IMG/VR virus record: IMGVR_UViG_3300037312_000412
Location: 4,466 to 68,465 of that record
Source: a virus
Taxonomy: Duplodnaviria; Caudoviricetes
Reading direction: 5' to 3' (one strand)
DNA: 64,000 bases
The position numbers and the translations under genes are program-made. The notes below the pieces were generated by a model. That model saw nothing but the letters and a program-made list of their open reading frames with translations, made no database searches and was not told the origin of the DNA. This document shows, piece by piece, positions 38,461 through 48,804 of the stretch (positions are counted from its first letter, which is position 1; every line of letters begins with the position of its first letter).

Positions 38461-39276
38461 ATGACGACACCCACAGTGCTGAAATGGTTTGGCGGCAAAA
38501 GCTATCTGGCTCCCGAGATCATCAAGCTGGCGCAGCGAACGAAGTATGTTCACTACGTCGAATCGTTCTTTGGCGGCGGCTCCGTGCTACTCGCAATGGA
38601 CCCCGATAACGTCAGCGAGGTCGTGAATGATGTGGACTGGGATCTCATCAATTTCTGGTCCGTGCTGCGATCGGAAGAGATGTTCCCGCAGTTCCAACGG
38701 GCAATGCAGGCGATGCCGTTCTGTGAGGGTGAATGGCAGGTGGCGCGCGAGGCGGTGAAGCACGAATTTCCCGCCGTACAGCATGCCATCAACTTCTTCG
38801 TGTTCTGCCGGCAGTCGATGGGCGGCAAGATGAAGAACTTCGCCCCACTGAGTCGGAACCGCGTACGTCGCGGCATGAACGAGCAGGCGTCGGCGTGGTT
38901 GACCTGCATTGAAGGGCTGCCCGAGGTTCACGCTCGCCTGCGATCAGTGGCAATCCTTAACCGCGAAGGTGTCGAAGCCATCAGGACTCAGGACGGAAAG
39001 CAGACCATGCACTATTGCGATCCACCGTACATGCACGACACGAGGACCGGAACCGACGACTACTCGCACGAGATGAGTCGCGAGGAACACGTCGCGTTGC
39101 TCGATACGCTGTCTGCAGTCGAAGGGCGATTTATGTTGAGCGGCTACGAGAACGAGCTGTATGCCGACTACGCGAAGCAGAACCGCTGGAACGTGCATCG
39201 GTTCGATTTGCCCAACAACGCGGCTGGCGGCAAATCCAAGCGGCGAATGACTGAGTGCATCTGGTGCAACTTCTGA
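38461..39276 (+). CDS. DNA adenine methyltransferase (Dam/D12 class)
   Basis: LKWFGGK, YVESFFGGGSV, NDVD.DLINF, YCDPPY. Confidence 0.93.
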   Translation: MTTPTVLKWFGGKSYLAPEIIKLAQRTKYVHYVESFFGGGSVLLAMDPDNVSEVVNDVDWDLINFWSVLRSEEMFPQFQRAMQAMPFCEGEWQVAREAVKHEFPAVQHAINFFVFCRQSMGGKMKNFAPLSRNRVRRGMNEQASAWLTCIEGLPEVHARLRSVAILNREGVEAIRTQDGKQTMHYCDPPYMHDTRTGTDDYSHEMSREEHVALLDTLSAVEGRFMLSGYENELYADYAKQNRWNVHRFDLPNNAAGGKSKRRMTECIWCNF

Positions 39277-39728
39277 CGTGCTGTGCGTGCTACCTGGAGC
39301 ATCGGGGTACGCACAAGGTGGGGCCGAAGCGGCGGAATAAACAGGAGAGTCCAGGGAATGGGCAGCGAAAGGGACTTGCAACTGATTGCTCTCGGGATCT
39401 GCATGGCCAGCAAAGCCGCGCTGAACGCGACAGATCCGAAGCAGTTCAGCGACATGGCGATGGAAGTCGCAGTTGCCGACATGAAGAAGACTCCAGAGGG
39501 CGTGCCGCAAACACTTTCGATGCTGCTGACGGGGCTCGGGTGCAACGTTGGCGACGACAAACCCACTGCGGCAGTCTTGCGGCGTATCGGCGTTTACTCG
39601 CGATTTAAGAAGGCGGCAGACGCGGTTACGAAGCTTGCCGGAGGCGGCAAGATAAACCGCGGCAACTCGGAGTCGGGACAGGAGCAATATCTGGCTGAAC
39701 TGAAACACTTGCTGCAGAGTCTCGAGCT

Positions 39729-40442
39729 GTGATTGTCGCCAACGCCAAAGACCTGACGTGGCAGCGCATCGACCTGGACGAGTGGCACAAAGGCTGGGAG
39801 TCGCAAGGCTGGAGAATCGTGGACGCGGCGTGGTTGACGTGGATGGAAGGTAAGGTTCGGAACTCGGGCCTGTGGAAGAAAACGGACGCGGAGAGCAACG
39901 ACTACCTGGGACGGATTATCGCGTGGTTGTGGAGGTCAGGGATGAATTTGAAACGCCGCACGCCCCTTAAGCGCACCGCCATGAAGCCGAGCCAATCGCA
40001 GTTGAAGCGGACGGGTATCAAGCGCGGCAAGCCTGTGAGCCAGAGGAAGAACCGCGAGGTTAGCGTCATCAAGGCGTACATGGAAGCACACCCGTTCTGT
40101 GAGTTTGAGGCGACAGGCGCTTACACGGGACCGGGCGGACACTTCAATCTCAACGGCGAGTTCGAGCCACACCACACGGCACGGATCAAATGCGACGACA
40201 AGCGAATCTTAGTGTCCCTCTGCACGAACTGCCACAACCTGCACGACATCCACGACCCGTCGTTCGTGGTTATCTGCCTCTGGGTCAAGATGCAAACCGG
40301 GCTGTTAGACCTGCCGTTCCTGAGTACCAAGTTCAGAGGCGGCGACATCGTGCAGTACATCCAGCGGGACCACGACTGGATTTGTGAAGAGATTATTGAC
40401 ATGCGGGATGCGGTTCTGAGGCACGCGGGGGAATGCGAATGA
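39729..40442 (+). CDS. Hypothetical protein with an HNH/NinG-like C-terminal part
   Basis: KRTPLKR basic segment; EPHH...D..ILVSLCTNCH. Confidence 0.55.
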   Translation: MIVANAKDLTWQRIDLDEWHKGWESQGWRIVDAAWLTWMEGKVRNSGLWKKTDAESNDYLGRIIAWLWRSGMNLKRRTPLKRTAMKPSQSQLKRTGIKRGKPVSQRKNREVSVIKAYMEAHPFCEFEATGAYTGPGGHFNLNGEFEPHHTARIKCDDKRILVSLCTNCHNLHDIHDPSFVVICLWVKMQTGLLDLPFLSTKFRGGDIVQYIQRDHDWICEEIIDMRDAVLRHAGECE

Positions 40443-41281
40443 GTGCGTACAGCGGCTGGGATGTGCAGGAGACGGCAGTCGGCTTGCGGCTTGAGAGAGC
40501 CGGGGTCGTGCTGTGGCGCGGGGATTGTCTGAACATCCTGCCGACCATCGAGGATGAGTCGGTGGACATGATCTGGACTGACCCGCCGTTCGGGCACGGC
40601 AACATGCAGGACGATTTGCAAGCCGCCCGCGTTCGCGACGGAGTGAAGGGAGCCCGCGTCCGTCAAGCTGAACCCATCGCCAACGACATCGGGCCGGAGT
40701 TCGACGACGTGATGCTCGGATTCTTGGATCACGCCGGAAGAGTTCTCAGACGCGACTGCTGCTGCTGCTGCTGCTGCATGGCTGGCGGTGGACCGAATGT
40801 GACGTTCGCTCGCGTGGCGAAGTGGGTCGACGAAAAGCTGGCGTTCTTTCAGGCAATCGTCTGGGACAAGAGCGCTCGAGGGAACGGCATGGGCTGGCGG
40901 TATCGCCGCAATTACGAGTTCGTGATGGTGGCACACCGCAAGGGCGGCAGGCTGCTTTGGGCTGACGATGACGTGCAGGTGCCCAACATCGTCCGGCACA
41001 TGCCCGTCCGTGAGCGGAAGCACCCGAACGAGAAGCCGCTGGCGATGGTGGAGGACTTCCTGCAATGGCATACGGAGCCGGACCAAGTTGTTCTCGACCC
41101 GTTCGCCGGGAGTTTTACAACCGCCGAGGCGTGCGTTCGCCTGCAACGTCGCTGCATCGCGATTGAGCAAGACCCGCAGCACTTCGCGACGGGCGTCCAG
41201 CGCATCACCGCCGCGATACTCGCCGAGAAGTCGAGTCTCTTCCCAGCGACAAAGCCACCGCAGCAAGTTGAGTTGTTCTGA
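40439..41281 (+). CDS. N4/N6 DNA methyltransferase (beta class) containing a Cys7 run
   Basis: GDCL, DMIWTDPPF, HPNEKP, VLDPFAGS; (TGC)7 at 40757-40777. Confidence 0.92.
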   Translation: MSAYSGWDVQETAVGLRLERAGVVLWRGDCLNILPTIEDESVDMIWTDPPFGHGNMQDDLQAARVRDGVKGARVRQAEPIANDIGPEFDDVMLGFLDHAGRVLRRDCCCCCCCMAGGGPNVTFARVAKWVDEKLAFFQAIVWDKSARGNGMGWRYRRNYEFVMVAHRKGGRLLWADDDVQVPNIVRHMPVRERKHPNEKPLAMVEDFLQWHTEPDQVVLDPFAGSFTTAEACVRLQRRCIAIEQDPQHFATGVQRITAAILAEKSSLFPATKPPQQVELF

Positions 41282-42078
41282 GTTTGTCCGTGGTGTTTCC
41301 AAGGGTCTCTGGAGGGTGAGGCGAAATGGCGAAGAAACGGCTGTGGCTGGTGCGGCGGGTTGCTGTTGGAGGTGGGGATAGAACACTGCTGCTTGAATGC
41401 GAAGGAGAGCCAGAGATTGGGCGTGGCGGACTGGTGGACCTGGAGTTCTGCCGCGACATCGTGATTGACGCTACATCGAAAGATTTCCGAAGGCGTACCG
41501 GCATCAGCGTCCCCAAGGGCCACGTCGTCGAGGTCGAGTCGATTCAGATCACGCTGGCAGGCAAAGCACGAAAGGCGAAGGTGGCGACGTGAGCGATTTG
41601 CAGCAGGAAACGGAACGGGCAATTGCGACCATCAAGGCGAAGATTCGCCGACTCACGAAGCTGCGAGATGCGTTCCGTTCTCGGTCTGATGCGTTCACTC
41701 GCCGCGCCGCAGAAGAAGGACGCAACGCGAATCTGATGGGCGAACAGTTGCAGATGCTGTCGGAGCTTCTGGGATACGTCTCGGAAATCAGGGAAGAATC
41801 AAAGGAGCCAACCCCGTGAAGACGCTAGGCGAAATCGAGGCGAAGGCGCGGGAGTTGGCGGGAGAGTTCTACGTCGATTCGTGGCATGCCGTGGTCGTGT
41901 ACTTCGCTCACCGCGAGCCGATTGATTATCCGAAGACGTTCGTCTCGTTTCTGGAGACTGGATTTCACGAGATGCGTGTTGAGTTCGGAGTCACTCGGGA
42001 GCCGGCGGAGTTCGAGGCGTTCACTCGCTTCATGGCGGCGTGTCAGCAACTGGACGCCTGGATCAAGGAGCCCACCCC

Positions 42079-42549
42079 ATGACGACCATCAACTACTCCG
42101 CAGCGTTGCCGGTGTTGGACGGATGGATCCCCGTACTCGCCTTTCGCGTCGAAGGCGTAGCCCAGACCCGGGGAAGCAAGGTGCCGATACGGCGTGGGGC
42201 GCACTTGGGGGTACGGGACAGCAACCCGAAATCCGGCGCGTGGATGTCGCACGTCTCGCAGTGCGCGGCAGAGGCGAAGGGCTGGGACGGCGTTCTCGAC
42301 TGCCCGCTGCTACTTCGGGTCACGTTCTACCGCGTGCGTCCGAAGGGGCACTACGGCAAGCGTGGATTGAAGCCAACCGCCCCGGAGTACCCGACGACCA
42401 AGCCGGACGCCGGCAAGCTGCTACGCGGCGTTGAGGACGCATTGACGGGCGTGGTCTACCGTGACGACTCGCTATTGGTGGACTCGTGGGCACGGAAGCG
42501 GTTCGGGGATGCGGCGTACACGGTGGTGGAAGTGTTCAGGACGCAGTGA
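42079..42549 (+). CDS. rusA: RusA-like Holliday junction resolvase
   Basis: GVAQTRGSK, KPDAGKLLRGVEDALTG.VY.DDS.V. Confidence 0.88.
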   Translation: MTTINYSAALPVLDGWIPVLAFRVEGVAQTRGSKVPIRRGAHLGVRDSNPKSGAWMSHVSQCAAEAKGWDGVLDCPLLLRVTFYRVRPKGHYGKRGLKPTAPEYPTTKPDAGKLLRGVEDALTGVVYRDDSLLVDSWARKRFGDAAYTVVEVFRTQ

Positions 42550-42803
42550 CACGGCAACTCGCGGCGAAGTGACCCGAGTAGGTTTCTCAGGAGAGCGAAG
42601 ACGATGAGCCGGCTATGCGACATCTGCGGGAAGCCGATGGGAGAGGCGAATCGACCGCCGCTATATGGTGCCGTCGTGTGCGATGCTTGCGCCGCAGAGG
42701 ACGACTGGGACACCGAAGAGGAAGTCCCGTGCTCTGAGTGCGGCGGTTCTGGTCGAGTTTGGGGGCAGGAATGCGAATGGTGCCTTGGTACTGGCGTCGA
42801 GGA

Positions 42804-42995
42804 TTACTGACCACACGCCCGATCACACAACCCCCTGATCCACTCACTGACAGTTTTCCCTTCGCGCTCTGCCTGGCGTTTCCAGCGAGCCCATTGGGCG
42901 TCGGAGACACGGATAGTTTTCCGGGGCAGGGAATCGCCAGTTGCGGGACGGCCAGCGCCGGGACGCGCTCCACCATGTTTGGACTTTTTCGCCAT
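42804..42995 (-). CDS. Ribbon-helix-helix protein with a GGARPGAGRP arm
   Basis: HGGARPGAGRP..TIRVSD.QW..W...A...G.TVSEWIR. Confidence 0.85.
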   Translation of the reverse strand: MAKKSKHGGARPGAGRPATGDSLPRKTIRVSDAQWARWKRQAEREGKTVSEWIRGLCDRACGQ

Positions 42996-43012
42996 AATGC
43001 TTGATTTGCGTC

Positions 43013-43040
43013 TTGACTGTATTCAAGTGGTCGATACACT
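43013..43040 (+). promoter_or_regulatory. Promoter TTGACT-N16-TACACT with a CTTGA-N6-TCAAG palindrome
   Basis: Read directly; precedes the small gene at 43088-43261. Confidence 0.7.
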
Positions 43041-45635
43041 TGATAATCGTACTGACGGGAATCAACCAAGGCAAGATCAGGAACGAAATGATGCAGACGA
43101 CTGTGAAACTCAAGAGGGCGGACAAGAATGGCAAAGGCTGGGTTTTGTTCGGCTGCGTGAATGGCGACCTCGCCAATTGGTTCGAGCGGTGGTTTGAGAC
43201 GGACGCGAAGGCAATTTCCTATGCACAGAAGCGAGGATGGTCAGTTGAAAACGAAATGTGAACACCCGAATTTTATTGCGTCGGTCGATGTTGGCCGGAT
43301 CGAGAGCACGACTGGCGGTCCGATGCGGTTTTCCGCTGATGTGAAGATCAACTGCACCGAATGCGGAGTGCCATTTCGGTTCATTGGCCTTCCAGCGGGG
43401 ATGGACCTGAATGGTGCGGCCACGTCAGTTGACGCTACAGAGGCTAGGCTGACGATTGCTCCGAAGGGTCAGGTGTGGACAGCGCTTGAGGGGGCACCGT
43501 CAGGTTTCAGTGTTCGCGCTTCCGACGTTCTGGGCATTGATCCGGCTGAAAACGCCGCAGATTGCATTGAGGGATATTTGAAATTCAAGTGTCGCCTCAA
43601 TGTGCCAGACGAGTTTCACGAGACTGCCACGCGAATGATTCAGACCGCAATCGACAGGGCGAAGAAATGAAACACCCCTACCACTGCACGCGCTGCGACT
43701 ACATCAAATGGAGCGCAGCCTTAAAAGCACCGAAGTGCCCGAACTGCAAGAAGCCGATGGACCTGACATCGAAGGCGCACTGCAACTGTTGCGGGCGCGA
43801 ACTGATTAACCAGCAAGAGGACCGATGCGGTCTGTGCAAGGTGTGCCAATGAACGAAACCCGCATCACGCTGACCGAATCCCAACTCCGCAGCCTCGTGG
43901 AATCAATCTGGCTGGAAGCGTATTCGGACGGATGTCGTGACGGTGCCGATGGTGCGCGGCCACATGACCAGCGGGCAGCGAAAGCGGCGTTCGCGGAAAG
44001 CTGCGTTAAAGAAACCGTCAACAAACTCATTGAACTGGAGAAGTCCGATGGCTGACAGATTTTTCGTAGACGAGCGGAATGGTTGTGTCGCGGTGCGAGA
44101 CCGATTCCGCACTGACGACAGAGATCAAGGGTTGGATTTCGACACTCGCGGCGTGGTCAAGTTCTGGATGGGCAGGCAGGTCAAGGCGGACAGTATTGGC
44201 TGGGGACAGACCTTCAGTTGGATGGTTCCGCCAGAGTTTGTCGCCGAGGCCCGCGAACTGTGCGACAAGATGAACGCCGACGAGACGTGCGCGGCTGCGA
44301 TGATCGCGAACGGCGTCCACTGGCTCAAGGAGCAGATGAGCGATGCGAACAATGATCCTCCGTCTGGTCTGTGACACCTGCGGCTTCATCGCCCAATTCG
44401 AGACGCTGAATAGCGAGCCGCTGACCGCGACGACGGACATCCCCGCGATGGTCGAGCGTGCAGGCTGGCGGTCGATTCGGAAGATTGGTTCGAGCTTCGC
44501 GATGCAGGACACATGCCCGACGTGCGTGGCGAGAGAGCGGCGATAATTTTCAGTCAGTCAATCCCAGAGGGAGAGAGACAACGATGGCAAACTGGCAAGA
44601 AATGGATACGGCCCCGAAGGACGGCACGGAGTTCATCTGCTGCTATCCGCTGCAAGGATGTGTCATGCAGCTAACGTGCTGGAACACGGTTCACGGATAT
44701 TGGCAGAGCAAGGGACAATCGTGCGGCTGCGCATTCGCGTTGTGGCATCCGCTTCCCGAGCCCCCAGACAAATCTGCTACCCGTTCCGCCATCTCCAAGG
44801 CGACCGGGGCGCAGGGCTGTACGCGGTGAACGCCGAACCGCTGGGGCTGTAAACACAGGAGAGAGATGCGATGAATGCATCCTTACACCTGCCCGAATTG
44901 CAGCGTGCCGCTGGATGTCTCCGCGATTTTGTTCTGCCCGCAGAAGTGTGGCTACGTGCAGGAGTGGGCACGTACTGAGGGGTTGGAGATTGCCAAGTTC
45001 GAGGAGTCGGCGGATAGGTCATTCTCGCGGTATCGAAAGGCGATGAAGCGACTGAGCGAGTAGGTTTCTCCACTCCTCCAACAGCAGACGCCGCTGTATA
45101 ATTTCACTCAGCAAAATCACCGAACGGTCTATCGGTGATTCCACCATGCACAGGGACGGGCACAACAGATGGCAGAGGTTGAATTGCGGCGGAGCGGCAG
45201 CGGGATTGTTCTGGACGAGGCGTTGCCGGTGGGCACGCGAATCAGATATTCAAGGTCGTCGCGGAACGGCGTCTATATCACCATCATGCCGCCCGTAGAA
45301 CCGATTGCGCGGGTGGTGGATCCGAAACCGACAATGCTGGGGAAGCCGAGCCATGCGTGAGAAACTCACGATGTCGATAGACGAAGCGATTGCGGCTCTT
45401 CAGAAGGCGAAGGTTGAACTGCAGGGCGCGGAAGACGAGCCCACGTTAGTGCTGATCCTGCCGGACTACGGATTAGCCACGAACATCATCGACCTCGTGG
45501 CCAACAAAGAGGACGGATCAGTGCGAGTCATCCCGAGATTGCGGTAGTTTGGGATTGACTCACAGGAGGAGCGTGCATCACAATGTTGATGCTGCGGAAA
45601 ATTAGCTGAAGCCCCGACCGGCCGAGTCTTACGAG

Positions 45636-45676
45636 CCTCGCAAATCGTCCCGATGGACGGCTTGCGAGGTTTTTTT
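45636..45676 (+). terminator. Intrinsic terminator upstream of the late operon
   Basis: CCTCGCAA-at-CGTCC-cgat-GGACG-gc-TTGCGAGG followed by 7 T. Confidence 0.85.
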
Positions 45677-45818
45677 CGTTTCTTTGCCTCTCTGAAACAG
45701 CGAAGGGAGGTGATCCAGCATCTACGGAATCTCTTCCCGCTCCCGCCGACTGCAATGACTGCACCCCACCCGCAAGATGCGGCGGCGGGACGTTTCAAAC
45801 CTCAACAGGAAAACAGCA

Positions 45819-47995
45819 ATGGGAATCAACGTCGCGGCGTTTCTGGCGAATCTCGAAGCGAAGGTTGCGGCTGCGGTGACGACTGCTGACGGGCTCAAGG
45901 TGGTGCAGGATCTCGCTCCCGAATTCGCGACACTGGCGCTGCAGTTGAATGGCGACTTCGCCGCGACAGCCCGGAACGTCTACACCTCAGTCGAGAATGG
46001 CGCGGTCAGCGCTGAGCAGCATCTGGTGCTCGCGGCGAAAGCCGGCTACGCCAAGCTCGTGATGGACGTGACGAACATCTTCCACCGGACCCCCGCGGCA
46101 CCTGCTGCCTGACTCTGAAAGGGCGGCACGATGCCGGATATCGGAACGGTCATGACCATCATCGGCGCTGTTGCTGGAGCTGGCAGCGTCTCTTTCGGCG
46201 TCATCCGCTGGATGATGTACATGGCGAAGGAAGCCGGCGCGATTACCTCGAAGCTGGAGCACATCACGTCCTTCTGCGGCGAGATGAAGGATCACTACAC
46301 AGTCCAGATCGACCTGAACCACGAGTACGGAACGCGGCTGACAAAGGTCGAGGGTTTGACAGAGCACCACGGCGAAGAACTGGACCGCCATCGCCGCGAA
46401 ATCCACGAACTCCGACACAGGAAAACGCACGATGCCTGACCAGCAGAACAACACGACCATCGACACCGGCAACGGCTGGAACATCGCCTGCCTCTTGGGT
46501 GGCGTACTGCTCGGAATCCTCGTGACGCTGGGGGCACTCCACACCTGGGGCTGCCTGGCGTTTGGCGGTCCCGTGGGCACGGATACCGTCGCCAGCGTCA
46601 TGGGGATGGTCAAGGACCAAAAACGAGAAGTGAAAGAAGAACTGGGCGTGTTCCGTGCCGAACTGGATGCGTGGGAGCACCACATCGAGCGGCGGATTGG
46701 TGCCAAGCCAATTGGCGCGCCTGTCGGGAGCCCATGAATGGTTCCGCGTAAGCCCGCGGCTAAGAAGCCTGCGAAGAAAAAGCCGCTAATCCCGGTTGCA
46801 AAGACTGGCAGCGCCGCCGGTTCACTGAACTGGAAGGACTGCTTGTATGCCGCAGCCCACAAAGCCGTGGTGATGCTGGTTGCTGTTCTGTGGGGTGCCT
46901 GGGAGTCACTGGGTACCGCTGCGGAAGAGATCAAGCAGAACTCCATTCAGGACGTGAAGCTCATTCCCACCTATGGCTGGTGGATTTTCGGTGCCGTGCT
47001 CGCCATTTGGGCACTGCGGCGACAGCACAAGGCGGACAATACGAAGCCCCCGGAGGCAAAGTAGATGCGGTCATTCGTTCACGCAATCATGCGGATCGTG
47101 GCATGCGGGATGGGGCTATTCGCCATCCTGTCGGGCATTGGTGGCATTCTGGGCGGCTGGATCATCACGCCTGCCGCGTTCTTCGGCTGGGTGCTGTTCG
47201 GGCTCGGCGTCCTGATGGTCGAGTTCTCGCGCGGCATCGCGGATTGGGTGACAGACCTGTTTGTCCCGGTCGCGACGAACACGCCTGTCGCGAATGCTCC
47301 TGCAGCCAATCCCTTCTCTGGACTGGAAAGCATCTTCACGACCGTCGCCGCAGTGGGGCTGAATGATCTTGCGGCGCTGGATGCAGAAATCCAGGTGAAG
47401 TGCGAACAGCGTGCTGCGGCAATTCAGGCGGCCGAGCAGCAGAACAACGCCAAGGCTGCTGCAGTGAATCGAGAAGCCCAGCAGATCAAGGCGATGAAGG
47501 CGAAGGTGCCGAATGCAGCCTGATCCGCAGAAACGCGCCCGAGGGCTCGCGGCGCTGGTCGCAATCGTAGGGCTCGGCGTGCTGCTGTTTTGGCATCACG
47601 GCGGCATCCAGGAATCCGAATCCTCCCTCACCGCGGAGATCCGCACGGCGCTGAACGGGGACACGGAAGCGGCAGGGAGATTCTCTGACCTGTTCGCCGC
47701 AGTCCCGAAGATGCTGGAAAGCTCCAGGGTCAAGTCCGCGGAAGACCTCAAAGAGGCGATGATTGCAGCCCGCGACAGCATGAAGCAGGGGCACGTTGAA
47801 GCCTTGCGACCGATCACGACGCGGGAACTCGCCTGCCTCGAAGCCGATGGACCGCTGGACTCATCGCGGCGGGCGGAGATCACAGCAGCCTGCAAACGGC
47901 TGTCGGCTGCGTATCGAGCGGCTGCATCGAAAAGCCCGCGGAGCGTGGCGGACACCCTGCGTTCCTTTGCCGACAAGATGGAGGCTCGCCAGTGA
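45819..47995 (+). other. Lysis-type cluster of small, mostly membrane proteins (45819-46112, 46131-46439, 46432-46737, 46738-47064, 47065-47523, 47513-47995); holin/spanin candidates
   Basis: Five of six ORFs have 1-2 predicted transmembrane segments, several with coiled coils; first genes of the late operon. Confidence 0.6.
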
Positions 47996-48804
47996 GTCAA
48001 TTGGGCGGACAGTATGGTCTGGGGTACGACCCGTCAAAGGAACGGCACGACGAACTGCGCCGGTACTCGATTCCGTTCCTGATGCGAGCGACCGCTGAAT
48101 CGGAACTCCAGACGTTCGACCCGCGCGGGAAACTGATCTACCCGAGCCAGTTCAATCTTGGCTCGTGCGAGGGTCATGAAATCGCCCTGTGCATGCAGTA
48201 CATCAACTTCCTGGCGACCGGCAAGATTGTTCCGATGTCGCGGATGTGGGGCTACCTGCAAGCCCAGATCAAGGACGGGGGCATGCGTGGTGACATGGGA
48301 GCCAGCATCGCCGGTGGCGTGGCTGCCATGAAGGACGTCGGCATGTGCAAGGAATCGACGTTCCCCTACCCGAACCCAGTCCAGTACGTCACCCGATGGC
48401 CTGCAAACGCTCCGGTCGAAGCCAAGCAGCATCGCCTCAAGAATTCATCCGTGATGCAGTCCTACGAGGACGTGCGGCATTGGGTGGGCATGGCGATTGG
48501 TCCCACCGGAATCGGAATCAACTGGACACCGGCACTGGCGAACAATCGCAGTGGCGTTATCCGCCTGGCGGACTGCAAAGGGCAGAGCCTTGGCGGTCAC
48601 GCTCTGGCTCTCGTGTCCCTGGCGTCAGACCGCAGTCACGTCTGGCTGGTGAATTCGCACGGTGAGCAGTGGGGCGACAGGGGCTGTGCCCAAGTCGAGC
48701 CCGAAGCGGTGGATTACTGGTGCAAATCCGGCGCTGCTGTGATCGGCGTTAGTGACATGGAAACGTACGGGCGGCGGCACATTCCCGTAGGAGACATTAC
48801 GTGA
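47992..48804 (+). CDS. Papain-like (C1) cysteine peptidase, candidate endolysin
   Basis: Q..LGSC (catalytic Cys), GGHALALV (His), WLVNSHG.QWG..G (Asn). Confidence 0.88.
   Translation: MSQLGGQYGLGYDPSKERHDELRRYSIPFLMRATAESELQTFDPRGKLIYPSQFNLGSCEGHEIALCMQYINFLATGKIVPMSRMWGYLQAQIKDGGMRGDMGASIAGGVAAMKDVGMCKESTFPYPNPVQYVTRWPANAPVEAKQHRLKNSSVMQSYEDVRHWVGMAIGPTGIGINWTPALANNRSGVIRLADCKGQSLGGHALALVSLASDRSHVWLVNSHGEQWGDRGCAQVEPEAVDYWCKSGAAVIGVSDMETYGRRHIPVGDIT

Noticed and set aside
40757-40777. ON/OFF phase variation of the methylase
   Set aside because: The repeat unit is 3 nt, so slippage keeps the frame.
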